Positions 52,285 to 62,831 of a DNA stretch of 64,000 nucleotides are shown here, piece by piece. Below the pieces are notes generated by a model. The model had not been told where the DNA came from, did no database searches, and saw nothing but the letters and a program-made list of their open reading frames with translations. Source of the stretch: Chlamydiia bacterium (GTDB lineage Bacteria > Chlamydiota > Chlamydiia > Chlamydiales > Rhabdochlamydiaceae). How positions within the stretch are numbered: the stretch's first letter is position 1; each line of letters opens with the position of its first letter. The DNA is taken from NCBI GenBank assembly GCA_963804085.1, contig CAWDOQ010000019.1:224001-288000 (forward strand), in the 5' to 3' direction. The translations under genes were made by a program, and so were the position numbers.

Positions 52285-52408
52285 GCTTTTGACCTTTGCG
52301 ATAGAAGGATCTCTCTTATCCTAAGAATGTTAAGGTGTAGATTGACTAGTAATTTCTTAAATGATAATAATGCATACAGAATCAAATAAGTGCGAACATT
52401 TCTATCAT

Positions 52409-53017
52409 ATGAAGTCAAAAAAAGTTGATCCCATAGAGGTTTTTCGTAAGCACAACGGTATCCTACGGACCGCTGAAGCTATAAAACTGGGGATACATCC
52501 CACCTATTTGTACAAGCTTCGCGATGAAGGAATTCTTGAGTCATTAGGTCGAGGTGTTTTCAGATTAGCTTCTATGCCGGATTTTTCAGAACCTGATCTG
52601 GTCTTGGCTGCAAAAAGAATTCCTCAAGGGGTTATCTGCCTAATTTCCGCACTATCCTACTATGAACTAACAACTCAAATTCCTCATTTTGTCTATCTAG
52701 CCTTACCTAGAACGTCAAGACTACCTCAAGCTGGCTATCCTCCCTTACGTTGTTTTTGGTATTCTAAGGGCGCTTATGAAGCGGGCGTTGAAACAATTTC
52801 AGTTAATGGATTTCCCGTTAAAATTTATAGCGTCGAAAAAACTTTAGCCGACTGTCTAAAATTTCGGCAAAAAATTGGAATGGATGTCGTTCTAGAAGCA
52901 TTGAAAGAGTATTGGAGAAGAGGTCGAACAGACCTTGATAAGCTTTACGATTATGCAAAAATATGTCGTGTTGAAAAAGTTCTTCAACCCATCATTGAAA
53001 CGATAGTGAGTCAATAG
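52409..53017 (+). CDS. Type IV TA AbiEi-family antitoxin
   Basis: wHTH (GILRT.EA..LGI....L..L...G.L...GRG.FRL), ICLISAL.YY.LTTQIP, Y..EKT..DC. Confidence 0.85.
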   Translation: MKSKKVDPIEVFRKHNGILRTAEAIKLGIHPTYLYKLRDEGILESLGRGVFRLASMPDFSEPDLVLAAKRIPQGVICLISALSYYELTTQIPHFVYLALPRTSRLPQAGYPPLRCFWYSKGAYEAGVETISVNGFPVKIYSVEKTLADCLKFRQKIGMDVVLEALKEYWRRGRTDLDKLYDYAKICRVEKVLQPIIETIVSQ

Positions 53018-53019
53018 CC

Positions 53020-53898
53020 ATGAATATTGAAAAGAAAAATCTACCTGAGTCTGTTTACAGGAGATTAAAAAACATTGCTTTAGCAAAAAATCGTCCTACG
53101 CAGGAAGTTCTTAGATATTATGCGATGGAGAGATTTTTATATCGTCTGAGTGTTTCCCAACATAAAAGGTCTTTTTTTCTGAAGGGAGGTCTAATGTTAA
53201 TGGTTTGGGATCCTGCGACACACCGTGCAACTGTTGATATAGATCTGCTCGCAAAAGCTAATAACTCCATTGAAAACATTTCACAAATTCTCAAAGAAAT
53301 CTGCTCTCATCCTGTTCTACAAGACGGTATCGAATTCAATTCTACAGACCTCATTCTTGCCGAATCCCAAGTTGAAACAGAATACATTGGCCTGTCAGCC
53401 CGTTTTTCAGCACATTTGCATACTGCTAAGCTACCATTGAGAATCGATATTGGGTTCAGCGACAAAATTTTTCCTAAGCCAGCCAATGTGAATTACCCGG
53501 CATTATTAGATTTTCCTTCTCCTGAGCTTCAGGGATATACACCGGAGACAATGATTGCCGAAAAATTAGATGCAATGGTGAAACTTGGCCTTGCAAACAG
53601 CAGGATGAAGGATTTTTATGACATATGGACGATAGTCAATCAGTTTCAGATCAAACCAGAGAAGATGGCTCCTGTTATTATGGAAGTCTTTAAAAATAGG
53701 AAAACTATTGTTCGGGAAATTCCAAAGGCATTTTCTGAGGCTTTCTACAATACGCCAAAAACACTAGAACGATGGGATTCCTTTCTTAAAGGTATTGGAC
53801 ATGATCCGATGCCCCTTGAAAAAGTAATATTCGAAATTAGGGATTTTTTCCTTCCTATTTTGATTGAGAATAATACCCAAGTCGCAGGCATCGGCTAA
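53020..53898 (+). CDS. AbiEii/AbiGii nucleotidyltransferase toxin
   Basis: ERFLYRL, LKGG, R.T.DID, E..IAEKL, NSRMKDFYD. Confidence 0.9.
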   Translation: MNIEKKNLPESVYRRLKNIALAKNRPTQEVLRYYAMERFLYRLSVSQHKRSFFLKGGLMLMVWDPATHRATVDIDLLAKANNSIENISQILKEICSHPVLQDGIEFNSTDLILAESQVETEYIGLSARFSAHLHTAKLPLRIDIGFSDKIFPKPANVNYPALLDFPSPELQGYTPETMIAEKLDAMVKLGLANSRMKDFYDIWTIVNQFQIKPEKMAPVIMEVFKNRKTIVREIPKAFSEAFYNTPKTLERWDSFLKGIGHDPMPLEKVIFEIRDFFLPILIENNTQVAGIG

Positions 53899-53916
53899 TG
53901 ATTGCTGGAGCTAGAA

Positions 53917-54423
53917 ATGAATAGATGGTTCATATCCGATACTCATTTCTCTCACGCCAATGTCATAGGCTATACCGGACGTCCTTTCCAATCTGTAAAC
54001 GAGATGGATGAGCGGCTTATTGAGAACTGGAATGCTCTCATTGAGCAGCAAGACACTGTCTTCTTTCTCGGAGATTTCGGCCTTGGACCCGCAAGCCTCC
54101 TCGCCGATCTCTGCGCACGCCTCCACGGCACCAAAATTTGCATTCGAGGTAACCACGATGGTACACCCGCTAAAATGCATAAGATTGGATTCTCTCTTGT
54201 TCTAGAAGCAGCCTTCATCAAGATTGGCCGGCACCAAGTTGAACTCGTTCACATCCCCACTCAGCCGGCCCCGCCTCATTTTCAGCTCCATGGCCACGTC
54301 CACGAAAAGCGTCCCAACAAACTCATCGACCGCCAACTCAACCTTTCCGTCGAAGTCTGGGATTACAAGCCCGTTTCTGAAAAGACGATCGTTGCTTTGC
54401 TGGATCGCGCTAGTCCTCTTTGA
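53917..54423 (+). CDS. Calcineurin-like metallophosphoesterase
   Basis: SDTHF.H, LGDF, GNHD, LHGHVH. Confidence 0.9.
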   Translation: MNRWFISDTHFSHANVIGYTGRPFQSVNEMDERLIENWNALIEQQDTVFFLGDFGLGPASLLADLCARLHGTKICIRGNHDGTPAKMHKIGFSLVLEAAFIKIGRHQVELVHIPTQPAPPHFQLHGHVHEKRPNKLIDRQLNLSVEVWDYKPVSEKTIVALLDRASPL

Positions 54424-54511
54424 CTCTTTTTGTGGATAGAAAAAAATTCTATCTCTGCAAATTGCGTATTCGTATGCTTGCTGTCAAAACAGGCGATACA
54501 AGAGCGCGAAA

Positions 54512-55228
54512 ATGCAAGAGACCTTTGTACCTTATGCTGACCATGAAACACAACTCGAAGGGTATGCGGCTTACCCATCAAAAGGAAAACATCCTGCTGT
54601 CATTTTATGTCACGCTTGGAAAGGCCGAGATGATTTTATTCATGAAAAAGCCAGGCTAATCGCAAATAAGGGATACGTTGGTTTTGCCCTAGACATGTAC
54701 GGAAAGGGTGTTGTGGGAAAATCCAAAGAAGAAAATTACGCATTGAAAAAGCCGTTTCTTGACGATCGGAAGTTATTGCAAAGACGGGTATTAAAGGCAT
54801 TTGGGGTCGCTTGCGAGCTCCCTTACGTAGATCCGAGTCGCATCGCTGTTCTGGGCTTTGGCTTTGGAGGTATATGTGCGCTCGATCTTGCACGCACCGG
54901 AAAGAACCTGTTAGGCGCAATTAGTGTCTACGGTCATTTTGCACCACCTCCTGCTTCCCTCATCAAACCCATCAAAGCGAAAATCCTTGTTCTACATGGC
55001 TATGATGACCCCATTACCCCTCAAAGTGAACTGCTTGCTTTTGAAAAAGAGATGACCAAAGCCAAAGTCGATTGGCAGGTACACCTCTATGGAGGCACCC
55101 TGCACGCCTTCGCTACGCCAGATGCAAGCGACGCTGCATCCGGAATACTCTATAACCCCATTGCGGCACAACGCGCATGGCTTGCCATCGAAAACTTTCT
55201 AGATGAAATTTTCACAAGCGATTCTTAA
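54512..55228 (+). CDS. Dienelactone hydrolase family protein (nucleophile Cys replaced by Gly)
   Basis: HAW.G, FALDMYG, GFGFGG in place of GxCxGG, HG.DD, HAF. Confidence 0.85.
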   Translation: MQETFVPYADHETQLEGYAAYPSKGKHPAVILCHAWKGRDDFIHEKARLIANKGYVGFALDMYGKGVVGKSKEENYALKKPFLDDRKLLQRRVLKAFGVACELPYVDPSRIAVLGFGFGGICALDLARTGKNLLGAISVYGHFAPPPASLIKPIKAKILVLHGYDDPITPQSELLAFEKEMTKAKVDWQVHLYGGTLHAFATPDASDAASGILYNPIAAQRAWLAIENFLDEIFTSDS

Positions 55229-55318
55229 TGCAAGACGTTTTCGTCCAACCTCAGTTTGATAAAGGAGGAGTTGGCTCTCATTGACTGGGGTTTCTGGAGT
55301 ATCGGCTGCTTTCGTGTA

Positions 55319-56116
55319 CTAGATAAATGTTTTATCTGTTTTTTGTTTCTTTGCGACTATAGGTATTCGCTCGCTTTTGTTTGCGATAAATTTGGAGCCG
55401 TCGATCGCGTATTGATGAACAACTTTAAGGCCAGTTTTTTGGAGCATTTTTTGCAGCTGGTTGGCTGTGTAGACCTGGAGTGTCTGTTGGCATTTAGATA
55501 TTTTTGGTTTGCGAGAGCCGTGCTGCACGTAGGATGTTGTATAGGAAGCTAAAATGCCTGCCTCGTTTATCGTGCTATATTGAATTGCGCGGGTCTTGGT
55601 TTTTCCTAAGGACTTTTGCCAATCAATTGTCAGGTTGGTGATGTGATTGCCGCTTAAGAGGTAGCTCAGATTGAATATGTCAAATATGTAGAAGCCACCA
55701 TCTTGTAGATTGTCGCAAATGTTTCTCATCGCTTTTTCAAAATCTCGTTTTGTAAGGTGGCCTACTGCATTAAAAATAGTGATCACAGCATCAAATTTTC
55801 CTGCTTTTGCGGTGCGCATGTCTCCTTTGAAAAATTGCAGAGCTAATTTCTCTCTTTTCGCCTTGCCTTTTGCGAAGTTTAACATCTTGGAGTTGATATC
55901 TGATCCAACCACTTCGTAGCCCCGTTTTGCGAGCCAAAAAACCTGAGAACCTGTGCCGCACGTAAGATCCAGCACTGTTTTGATCCGGTATTTCTTTAGG
56001 ATGGATTCTATCGTCTGGTTGACGATTTTCGAATTCTCTTCGTTGAGCAGGTCGTAGCTCTCGACTTCTTGGTCGTAATGCGACGGTTTTGCGCTGGTAT
56101 GCAATGTGTTATTCAT
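55319..56116 (-). CDS. Class I SAM-dependent methyltransferase
   Basis: VLDLTCGTG, GSD, GDMR, FDAVI. Confidence 0.88.
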   Translation of the reverse strand: MNNTLHTSAKPSHYDQEVESYDLLNEENSKIVNQTIESILKKYRIKTVLDLTCGTGSQVFWLAKRGYEVVGSDINSKMLNFAKGKAKREKLALQFFKGDMRTAKAGKFDAVITIFNAVGHLTKRDFEKAMRNICDNLQDGGFYIFDIFNLSYLLSGNHITNLTIDWQKSLGKTKTRAIQYSTINEAGILASYTTSYVQHGSRKPKISKCQQTLQVYTANQLQKMLQKTGLKVVHQYAIDGSKFIANKSERIPIVAKKQKTDKTFI

Positions 56117-56231
56117 AAAGATTGGATGTTGGTTTCTGCAAGCTATAGTAACCTTATACGGTTTTATGTTGTAAAGCCCCAATCTGAAGAATCCTTACAC
56201 ATTGTCATAGGGGCATTTTGGGTTCTGAAAT

Positions 56232-57733
56232 CTAAGCTTCTTTTTTCTTGTCGTCTTTTGATTCGGGCTTTGCTTTGCCTGCTTTTTTTGCTGCAGCCGC
56301 TGCAGCGACGGCTTCGGGAGAATAGCGCAGAATGGAAAAGGCAACTCGGTGACTGCCATGCGCGTCAAAAATCACGATCGTTGAGTTTGCTCGATCCCAG
56401 CGGATTCGCGGGTTGTATTTTTCCGAATCGGAAAGTGTGGTGATGCATCTGCCGGACAAATCCCAGAGTCTCACTTTGGTTGCCGCTGTCACCAGAGTGT
56501 TCGTAGTTGGATCAAAGTCGAGCTGCTGGTTTGTAGAGAGATCCGTCTTCCCTAAGTAAATCACATGGAGCAGCTCACCCGTTTTTACACTCCAAACAAC
56601 CACCTTCGTTCTGCTTTCTCTTCCTCCATTTTCTTCTACTTCCCACTCACAGCTTCCAAAGAGCCATTTTTTTACCGGATCGTAATGGACCGCGCAAAAC
56701 GCTGAGTTGGCATGTTCTTCTTCAAAATTCCTAATTGTTTCTCCACTGGAGGGATTCAACTCTCTAATGCAATGAGGCTCTGGCCTGAACAAAAAGCACA
56801 TTATCCTCTCTGTTATAGACCATGGCAATCTGACCTCATGGAAACCTCTTGGGTAAAAAGACAGGTTCTTTGGGAACGATCCCAGATTTTTAACGTAGGT
56901 CGTCCCCGGAGCCCGTCATAAAAGTTACATGCACTGAACACACGATCGATCTGGGGCGCATCACAGAGCCATGTAAACTTGACACCATGCGGATAAGAAA
57001 AGGAGTTCTTTTCTCCCTTCTCATCCAGCATGGCTAGCCGCCCAATATCATCCCCACAAATCACGCTATTGGCAGCAAAATTTGCAGATACGCAAGTCGC
57101 CTCCCACAACGCTTTCTTGCAAACTGGTTTTGCGCTATCTCCATCGAGTGCAAATACTCTCAATAAACCTCTAGGCCCCCCTGATGCAAAAAGCGCTCTC
57201 CCGTGTTGAGTATCGAGATGGACGCTGATAGGAGCCCCCAGTGACATTTTCCTATCATGATAACTGGTCACGCACTGCAGCTGTTTGCTCGATTGTGCAT
57301 CCCAAATCCTCACCCGGCCCGCTGAGATTTTTTCATTATACTCGCCTGTAATCAGGCGTTGCGAATAAGGGTCGTAGTGCCAGCAGGAGAATCGATTTAC
57401 ATGCTGTCCGTTTAGACGCTCTCCCTGGCCGAACCGACGACCTTCGACGGAATTCTCAATCTGAACTTCTTGCCGCGAGCCATTAATCAGAGGAAGCAGT
57501 TTTTCAAAAGCTTTGTAGGCAGGAGTGTTGCGTACCACCTTCTGAAACGGACTACCGACTTTATTTACGCCCAAGCAGTTCGCGCGATCGGCATTCGTCA
57601 AGTAGGCATCACAGATCATCAGTTGTAAGCGGGGATAGAGTTTCTGGAATCGCTCAAACTTTTCCTCCTTTTTGGCTTGCGTTGCGCCACATAGACAGTT
57701 TGCTACTCGTCTCAAAGCGGATACCATGAACAT
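56232..57733 (-). CDS. F-box-like/WD40-like protein, split by an apparent frameshift at ~56820
   Basis: RVRIWD, LKIWD, VRLWD repeats across two abutting ORFs; Ala/Lys-rich tail. Confidence 0.6.
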
Positions 57734-57884
57734 AAAAACCTCATATTTGGAACGAAGATTTTAACAAAAATAGGCATTTAATTTCACGATTATTTGCAAT
57801 CGACATCAATTGCGATAAATAGCTGAGCGCAAGAAAGATATTAGCAGGAGGTGGAACGATTACCTAAGCGACTGAGAAAGAAAG

Positions 57885-57931
57885 TGGGGCAACCTGGACT
57901 TGAACCAGAGACCGGCGGGTTATGAGTCCGC
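57885..57931 (-). mobile_element. att site: 3' half of a tRNA with CAT anticodon (Met/Ile2)
   Basis: - strand gcggactCATaacccgccggtctctggTTCAAgtccaggttgcccca; no D-arm or 5' acceptor strand. Confidence 0.85.
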
Positions 57932-58062
57932 AGCACCCGCGCCACTTCCCAGCAGCTAACTTCCCGAAATCACAGCGGAAAGCTGGCCTTTCGAGCTACT
58001 GCGAACTGTCGCAATTTATCGCACTTTTTTGTATGCCAGTGGTCTACAAATGGTCCACGGAA

Positions 58063-59434
58063 TCAGATCGATCTATAGGCATGAAGGGCTTCTTTTGCTG
58101 CCTTTTCATGATTGGTCATCGGAGCTGGATATTTTTTGCATCCAGCACGATACTTTTCCTCATACCACGCATGAATAGCTTTAGGCGGGAAATCGCGAAG
58201 TTCAGGAATCCATTTTTTAATATAAGTACATTCAGGATCGAATTTTTTCTGCTGGTTCCAAGGATTGAAAATACGAAAATAAGGTTGGGCATCGCATCCA
58301 GTACTTGCTACCCATTGCCAATTTCCATTATTTACAGCAGGGTCGTAATCAACCAAGCTTTGCGCAAAGTATTTTTCACCCCATCTCCAATCGATGTGTA
58401 AGTCTTTGATGAGAAATGAGGCTGCAATCATTCGAACGCGATTATGCATAAAACCTGTTTCGTTCATCTCTCTCATTCCTGCATCCACAATCGGAAAACC
58501 GGTAGAGCCTTCGCACCATCGTTGATAAGCTTTTTTGTTATAGGACCATTTGAGCTTATCAAATTTGGGATGGAAAGCACCCTTAAAGACGTGAGGAAAG
58601 AAAAATGCAATCGATGTAAAAAAGTCTCTCCAGTAGAGAGAGCGGATCAGCTCGTGGTGCGGACTTAAATTACGGCAGATTGCCGCATAAACTTCGCGAG
58701 GGGAGCAGACGGTGAATTTCAGATAAGGGGAGAGATGTGTAGAGTATTCTTCTGCTGGAAAATCTCTCAGGCTTCCATATTTACCAAAAGAACCTAATTT
58801 TTTGAGAATTTTGAGAGCCTCCGACCTTCCTCCGATCAACCCATTCTCTACAGTTGGCTTGGGAAAGGATCGACTTGTCTTCTGCAAAAGGGATCGATCC
58901 GCGGAAGTAGTTGGTCCCTTTGGTTTGCGCGGGAGGCAATACTTTCTGTTTTGAAGCATTGCGAAAATAGGGTGTGAAAATCGTGTAAGGCTTTCCATCT
59001 TTTTTCAGAGTCTCTTCAGGCGGATGAAGGAGAGCATCATCGAAAGAATAAAATGGAATCTGGCCTGTTTTGCAGACTTTTTCGAGCTTTTTGTCTCTTT
59101 GCAGGCTATAGGGAGTATAGTCTCGATTTACGATCAAAGCCTCGATATTGAGTTCACGGATACATTTGTTCACAACTTCTTCGGGTTTTCCCTTAAAAAA
59201 GAAGAGCTTACCTCCTTTTTTCTTCAGCTGGTTTTCGAGATCTTTGAGAGATTCAATCATAAATTTCAGGCAATGATCGCTTCTAAAAGGATTTCTCTCG
59301 ATTTGTTCTGGCGTAAAAATGAAGGCAGGAATGACAACTTCCGAAGACTTCAACGCAAAAATAAGCCCTGTATTATCCTCAAGTCGCAAATCGCGCCTGA
59401 ATAAAAAGAGGGATTTTCGAAACTTCTTTTCCAT
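58063..59434 (-). CDS. phrB: Deoxyribodipyrimidine photolyase (frameshifted at ~58.85-58.9 kb)
   Basis: FRRDLRL.DN, T.LSPYL.F, L.WRDF, TGFP.VDAGMR, MHNRVRM, DYD.A.N.GNWQW, RIFNP..Q..KFDP. Confidence 0.9.
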
Positions 59435-59436
59435 TT

Positions 59437-60872
59437 TTATCCTTTTGCGATGTGCTTTGCCAATTGGCTGAAAATAAGAGCATGAAACGGGTAAAGACTA
59501 TACCAATAAAATCTACCCCAGACTCCATTGGGACGAAATGATGCCGTTTGTTTCAGAATTCCCCCTGTTTCATGAGGGATGATCTCAAATTCAAGCCACG
59601 CTTCACCTGGCAATTTCATTTCAGCATAGAGAAGTAAGCGTCGATTTTTTTCATCTGCTAACAAAACGCGCCAGAAATCGAGAGCATCTCCTACTTTCAG
59701 CCGCGTCGGATGAGTTCTGCCTCGGCGCAGCCCAATTCCTCCCACCAATTTATCCAGAAAACCCCTGAATTTCCAAGCCCAATTCATCGCAAGCCAACCT
59801 CGATCTCCGCCTAGAGACCAAATCCGTTTTTGCACTTGTTCTATAGGACAAGAAAAAGGAATGGTCCGTCTATCGCTCAAGATGCCGAATCTAGGAACGT
59901 GGACATAAATGGAAAGATCTGGATTTAAAGTGGAGCCGCTTAAGGTATCTTTCCAGCTTGAAGGCACCCAATCTTCTTCGATACGGGTAAAAGCGAGTTG
60001 CAGCGCCTCTTCATAAGAGAGTAGTTTTCTGGGAAAAAGCTTTTGAATTCGATTTTCTTTGCAAACTGCATTATTAATGAGACTTTCGACTAGGAAACGG
60101 GCAAGTGAAAAGCTTGTGCTAGTCACAAAAAATAGCCAATAGGAGGAGAGGCGTGGCGTAAGAACGGGAACCGTAAAAATTTTCCGTTTCAACCCCCGCA
60201 TTTTAGCGAAATTTAATAGAAGGTCTTTGTAGCTCATGACATCGGGTCCTCCGATCTCAAAAGATTGACCAAAGCAGGCAGGATTGCCCAAAACGAGCGT
60301 TAGATAAGCTAGAGACATCGCTTATGGCGATCGGTTGAGTGAGCTGCTTAAGCCATTTTGGGGCAATCATAATGGGCAGCTTTTCAACTAGATCTCGGAT
60401 AATTTCAAATGAAGCGCTTCCCGAACCGATGATGATTCCAGCCATTAAAATAGTCACAGGAACTTTTCCCATCTCGGAGGATTTCTCCTACCCTTTTTCT
60501 CGAGGTTAAATGGCGGGAAAGATGAGCTTCATTTGAGAGACCGCTCAAGTAGATGATTTGTTTCGCTTGTGTATTTTCCAACCGATTCGCAAAATTTTTT
60601 GCTGAAGCAGCTTCCAATTCGGAAAATTTTTGCGAATAACTCATTGAATGGACTAGATAGTAAGCTGCATCGATATCATCGGGAATCTTTAGCAAAGAGG
60701 AAGGATTAAGGAGATCAGCTTCAATGACATGAAGTTGAGATTGAAATTTCTCGGGAATTTCAATTCGAGAACGGCTTCTTACCAGGGCATAGATCTCATG
60801 CCCCTCCTCTACCAAACGAGGAAGAAGACGAGTTCCAATATACCCATTAGCTCCAGTAAGTAAGATTTTCAT
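59437..60872 (-). CDS. YbjT-like SDR oxidoreductase with C-terminal DUF2867 (two apparent frameshifts)
   Basis: TGANGYIG; GG.RGW, LDFWRV, LYAEMKLPGEAWLEF, G..GR.YWY. Confidence 0.85.
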
Positions 60873-60997
60873 AGTCCTCTCTTTAAAATATCTATAAGCT
60901 AATAGTCCACAAGTAATCTATGAAAATTGCCGGAGTGTCGTTGCAAATGGCCTTCCCATCAATTCCGGAAAAACTGAGAGTTTCTGAAAAGAAAAGA

Positions 60998-61042
60998 TGG
61001 GGCAACCTGGACTTGAACCAGAGACCGGCGGGTTATGAGTCC
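60998..61042 (-). mobile_element. Second att site: identical 45-bp tRNA(CAT) 3' fragment
   Basis: tggggcaacctggacttgaaccagagaccggcgggttatgagtcc, identical to 57885-57929. Confidence 0.88.
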
Positions 61043-61249
61043 AATTTTCACTATAACTCCGCTTGAAAGTGAATTAATCAGAATAGTATTTTCTCCCAAG
61101 AATATTGGGATTTTCTTCGGAATGGTTCTTAAAGTTCCTTTGGGCTCCAGTCTGTTGGGGAAAAATATGGGAATTTTCATGAAAAAACAGAGAAAATCTT
61201 TTAAGATAGGGGGCGTTTCCTGTACTCATTAGAAAAATGGAGGAAAATC

Positions 61250-61489
61250 ATGGCACTAAGTGAGAAGGCATTGGATTATTTGGAACAGCATATTCCAGAG
61301 CTTGCCGAAGCGGCGTTCAAACAAGCTTACTGGGCAGCACTTGCATCTGGCAGTTCTTTGCTTGTAACTGAAAATGGAAAACTTGTAGAGGTCTTTCCGG
61401 ACGGCACACGCAAGTTCATAAAAAAACTCCCGCGCTGGACTCCCGTGAAGCGCGGACAGAAGCTGAAAATTAGGTTAGCCTCTGTCTAA
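61250..61489 (+). CDS. Small hypothetical protein (possible orphan antitoxin-like partner)
   Basis: GGAGG RBS, 79 aa. Confidence 0.65.
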   Translation: MALSEKALDYLEQHIPELAEAAFKQAYWAALASGSSLLVTENGKLVEVFPDGTRKFIKKLPRWTPVKRGQKLKIRLASV

Positions 61490-62410
61490 AAAGGCAACAG
61501 CTTTCTGCCAGCATCTTGTAGATAACAAGCTATCTTGTAATTCACCTGATGCAATACCTCTCAAGCGAGTAAAGGCAGATTTGGCAGATTCACCCTGAGG
61601 TGTAGTCTCAAATTGAGCTGGGTTTGCAATCAGGTGCTGGAGTTGTTGTAATGTTTCTGCATCGTTTAATTCTTGACGCAAAGTTAAGATAAGAGCTTTG
61701 CTTTCAGGTTTAAAAAAATCAGGAATTTCATCTTTTTTCTTGGTGCCAGCTGTGTAGATATAAACGGCTTTAGTCAATATGAACATGAAAATGGATGGAT
61801 CCATCTCTTTGAAAAGGGTGATGGTTTCAGGGCTGGCTCCGGATAATACATCCGTCGCGAGAAAATAAGCTCCCTGATCTATCTGTACTTGGGTAGCATG
61901 TCCTGCTGCAAGAATAGGCCCAAGCATTCCATCGTTGACATTTTCCTGACCGTGCTGCTGTCTCCAATCAGCTATATACAACCTATCGTCTAATCGGAAT
62001 AATTTAATAAATGTAGGATTGAACATTTGCGCCCAGTAACGAGCAAAGCTTTCGTGGGTCATCACGTTTATAAAGCATGGGTTGTATAGGAGTGCGTCAG
62101 CCACCCCCCAAATTATTGTAAAAGAGCTGCTTTGCAGAAGTTTTACAAAAAATGTACATGGTCTATCAGTAATTGGATACAACGCGAGCGATATAAGGCC
62201 AAGGGCAGCATAGGCAACTGTTTCTACAATCGATGTAACCGTTAGAAGAAGCAGACCAATTTCAGTAGAAACAACTTTTACTAAATGTTCCCAGTTATTG
62301 TCTATGCCTTGTCGTCCACCTATCCACCAACTCTGTTCGCTGCCTTGAGGATTTCTCCATGCAAGCAATTCAGTCATCACGTGACTGGAAACACATCTTG
62401 ATACTGCCAT
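61475..62410 (-). CDS. Hypothetical protein with an N-proximal hydrophobic segment
   Basis: 311-aa ORF, AAGGAG RBS, AT-rich upstream region. Confidence 0.7.
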   Translation of the reverse strand: MAVSRCVSSHVMTELLAWRNPQGSEQSWWIGGRQGIDNNWEHLVKVVSTEIGLLLLTVTSIVETVAYAALGLISLALYPITDRPCTFFVKLLQSSSFTIIWGVADALLYNPCFINVMTHESFARYWAQMFNPTFIKLFRLDDRLYIADWRQQHGQENVNDGMLGPILAAGHATQVQIDQGAYFLATDVLSGASPETITLFKEMDPSIFMFILTKAVYIYTAGTKKKDEIPDFFKPESKALILTLRQELNDAETLQQLQHLIANPAQFETTPQGESAKSAFTRLRGIASGELQDSLLSTRCWQKAVAFLDRG

Positions 62411-62602
62411 ACTAAATCTCCTTAGGTCTCTAAATTTATGGAGTAGTATAGCAAAGAAAAATTAAAAAATCTATTAAAGCCTGTTTTTTATTAAATATTA
62501 AATAAATCATATAATTTAAACTTTATTTATATGTATTCCTAATATATAAATCTTATAAACAAATTATTGATTAGAATTAAAGTTGATTGGTAAAGGCAAA
62601 GG

Positions 62603-62810
62603 CTAGGCTTCTTCGGGGGTGCGCTCGGTGCGGGCGAGGGCTTTGGTGATGATCTTTTCGAGCTCTTTGTCTGAGCGGGCTTTTTCTTCGATTCGTTGCG
62701 TGGCTTCGAACTTGGTGAATTCGGAGTGAGCGAGCTCTTTGGCGAGGTCGGCGGAGATCTTGCCGGCGTGGGTGAGGATTTGTTCGTCGTTGAGCTGGAG
62801 GAAGGTGTTG
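62603..62810 (-). pseudogene. C-terminal remnant of a RhuM-like protein
   Basis: FLQLNDEQILTHAGKISADLAKELAHSEF.KF resembles the RhuM C-terminus; no N-terminal part. Confidence 0.55.
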
Positions 62811-62831
62811 CTAGGTTTTTTCTGCTTTGTT

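Noticed and set aside
57885..57960. Complete tRNA-Met/Ile gene
   Set aside because: Only the anticodon arm, T-arm and 3' acceptor strand are present; no 5' acceptor strand or D-arm. Treated as an att fragment, as is 60998-61042.
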